From IMG/VR virus record IMGVR_UViG_3300034190_001539, positions 37,286-101,285 of that record: a stretch of 64,000 nt of DNA. One strand, written 5' to 3'. Below the pieces are notes generated by a model that saw only the letters and a program-made list of their open reading frames with translations, searched no databases and was not told the DNA's origin. Below, one piece after another: positions 63,312 to 64,000 of the stretch (the stretch's first letter is position 1; every line of letters begins with the position of its first letter). Source of the stretch: a virus. Made by a program: the position numbers and the translations under genes.

Positions 63312-64000
63312 TATCTAACCTCATATCTGTTTTTTGTAAATTTAATTGTTGATTCTGTTCTAAGTCTATTTCTGTATGGACTAAAGGAAATCCGCACACC
63401 CCAACCAAGATAGTCTAATATTTCTTTTTTAGTAACCGATTTTCTTTTGTGTATGAAATCTACTATCTTAGGATAAGCCTCACTCTTTTCTCCAATCATA
63501 TCGAACTTATCAGGTTGTAAGAAATCCCACCCATTAAACCAATCCGGCACTCTACTAGCCCACGGAAATTCTTCTATCTTTGTTTTGAGATAAGCCTTAG
63601 CTTTATCTACGCTTCCATCATCATCTAATGCTCCATTTATCTTTTGTAAGAATTCATCTTTACCATTGTATAATAATGGATAGTCACCACCAACCATTTC
63701 AGGATAGCATAATTTATTTGGTAAGATATAAGGAACACCCATACTGAGTGAATCTGTAGTTGATATAGACCAAGCTGAATACTTTTGGAATGTTCCAACA
63801 CCAACATGCATTGAACGGATAAAATCTAAGTACTCATCTCTGTCACTTATTTTTACACGTTTAGCATATGGTCTATCTAAATCAGCTAGTGTAGTATAAA
63901 CAGTGAAGTCTTGCCTTTGCTTGTAAAGTTCATCCATTCTATCTATAAACCAAGTCCAACCTGTATAGTAATTGTCTCTATGATTGAAGATGATGGTTTT
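63311..64000 (-). CDS. GT-B (GT4-like) glycosyltransferase, 5' end outside window
   Basis: Frame open to 64000 (KTIIFNHRDNYYTG...); SAWSISTTDSLSMGVPYILP...YPEMVG resembles the GT4 ExFGxxxxEAxxxGxP region; basic HTH-like C-terminus. Confidence 0.7.
   Translation of the reverse strand, partial: KTIIFNHRDNYYTGWTWFIDRMDELYKQRQDFTVYTTLADLDRPYAKRVKISDRDEYLDFIRSMHVGVGTFQKYSAWSISTTDSLSMGVPYILPNKLCYPEMVGGDYPLLYNGKDEFLQKINGALDDDGSVDKAKAYLKTKIEEFPWASRVPDWFNGWDFLQPDKFDMIGEKSEAYPKIVDFIHKRKSVTKKEILDYLGWGVRISFSPYRNRLRTESTIKFTKNRYEVR

Noticed and set aside
1-64000. Stop-codon reassignment
   Set aside because: Core genes are intact in code 11, and TAA, TAG (e.g. 4975) and TGA (e.g. 12250) all end genes at tight junctions.
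1-64000. tRNA/rRNA genes; tail sheath and tube genes
   Set aside because: Intergenic gaps are short and show no cloverleaf motifs by eye; gp18/gp19 motifs were not recognised and probably lie outside the window.

Overview
A 64-kb segment of a large, AT-rich T4-like myovirus genome. It uses the standard genetic code and is coded almost entirely on the minus strand. In transcription order (right to left) it carries a partial glycosyltransferase, an HTH gene, an HD phosphohydrolase and a gp55-like late sigma factor. A baseplate module follows (gp5-like, gp25, gp6, gp7-like 2266 aa, tail-collar-like genes), then a replication/recombination island (resolvase, DnaG-type primase, fused Mre11-Rad50/gp47-gp46). 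Next come a 4103-aa repeat-built fibre, a chaperone-bearing tail fibre and a 1262-aa multi-enzyme protein. The head module comprises terminase, portal, prohead protease, small putative internal head proteins, phage-encoded ribosomal protein bS21, scaffold, major capsid protein and neck gp13/gp14/gp15. The window ends in a >1369-aa Gly-X-Thr repeat fibre that runs off the left end and is missing from the ORF track. Most notable signals: (1) a [S/T]-[G/A/S]-S tripeptide concentrated in external virion proteins but nearly absent from enzymes and portal, a candidate virion glycosylation sequon; (2) putative capsid-packaged polyproteins with capsid-targeting-like N-termini and gp21-type xxE linkers between enzyme domains (P-loop kinase, HxGH nucleotidyltransferase, KxDG ligase-like, HExxH protease); (3) a putative late promoter ATATTTAT matching the reverse complement of the T4 late box; (4) bS21 next to a structured, SD-sequestering leader of the scaffold/capsid operon. 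All assignments come from motif recognition by eye; no searches were run.
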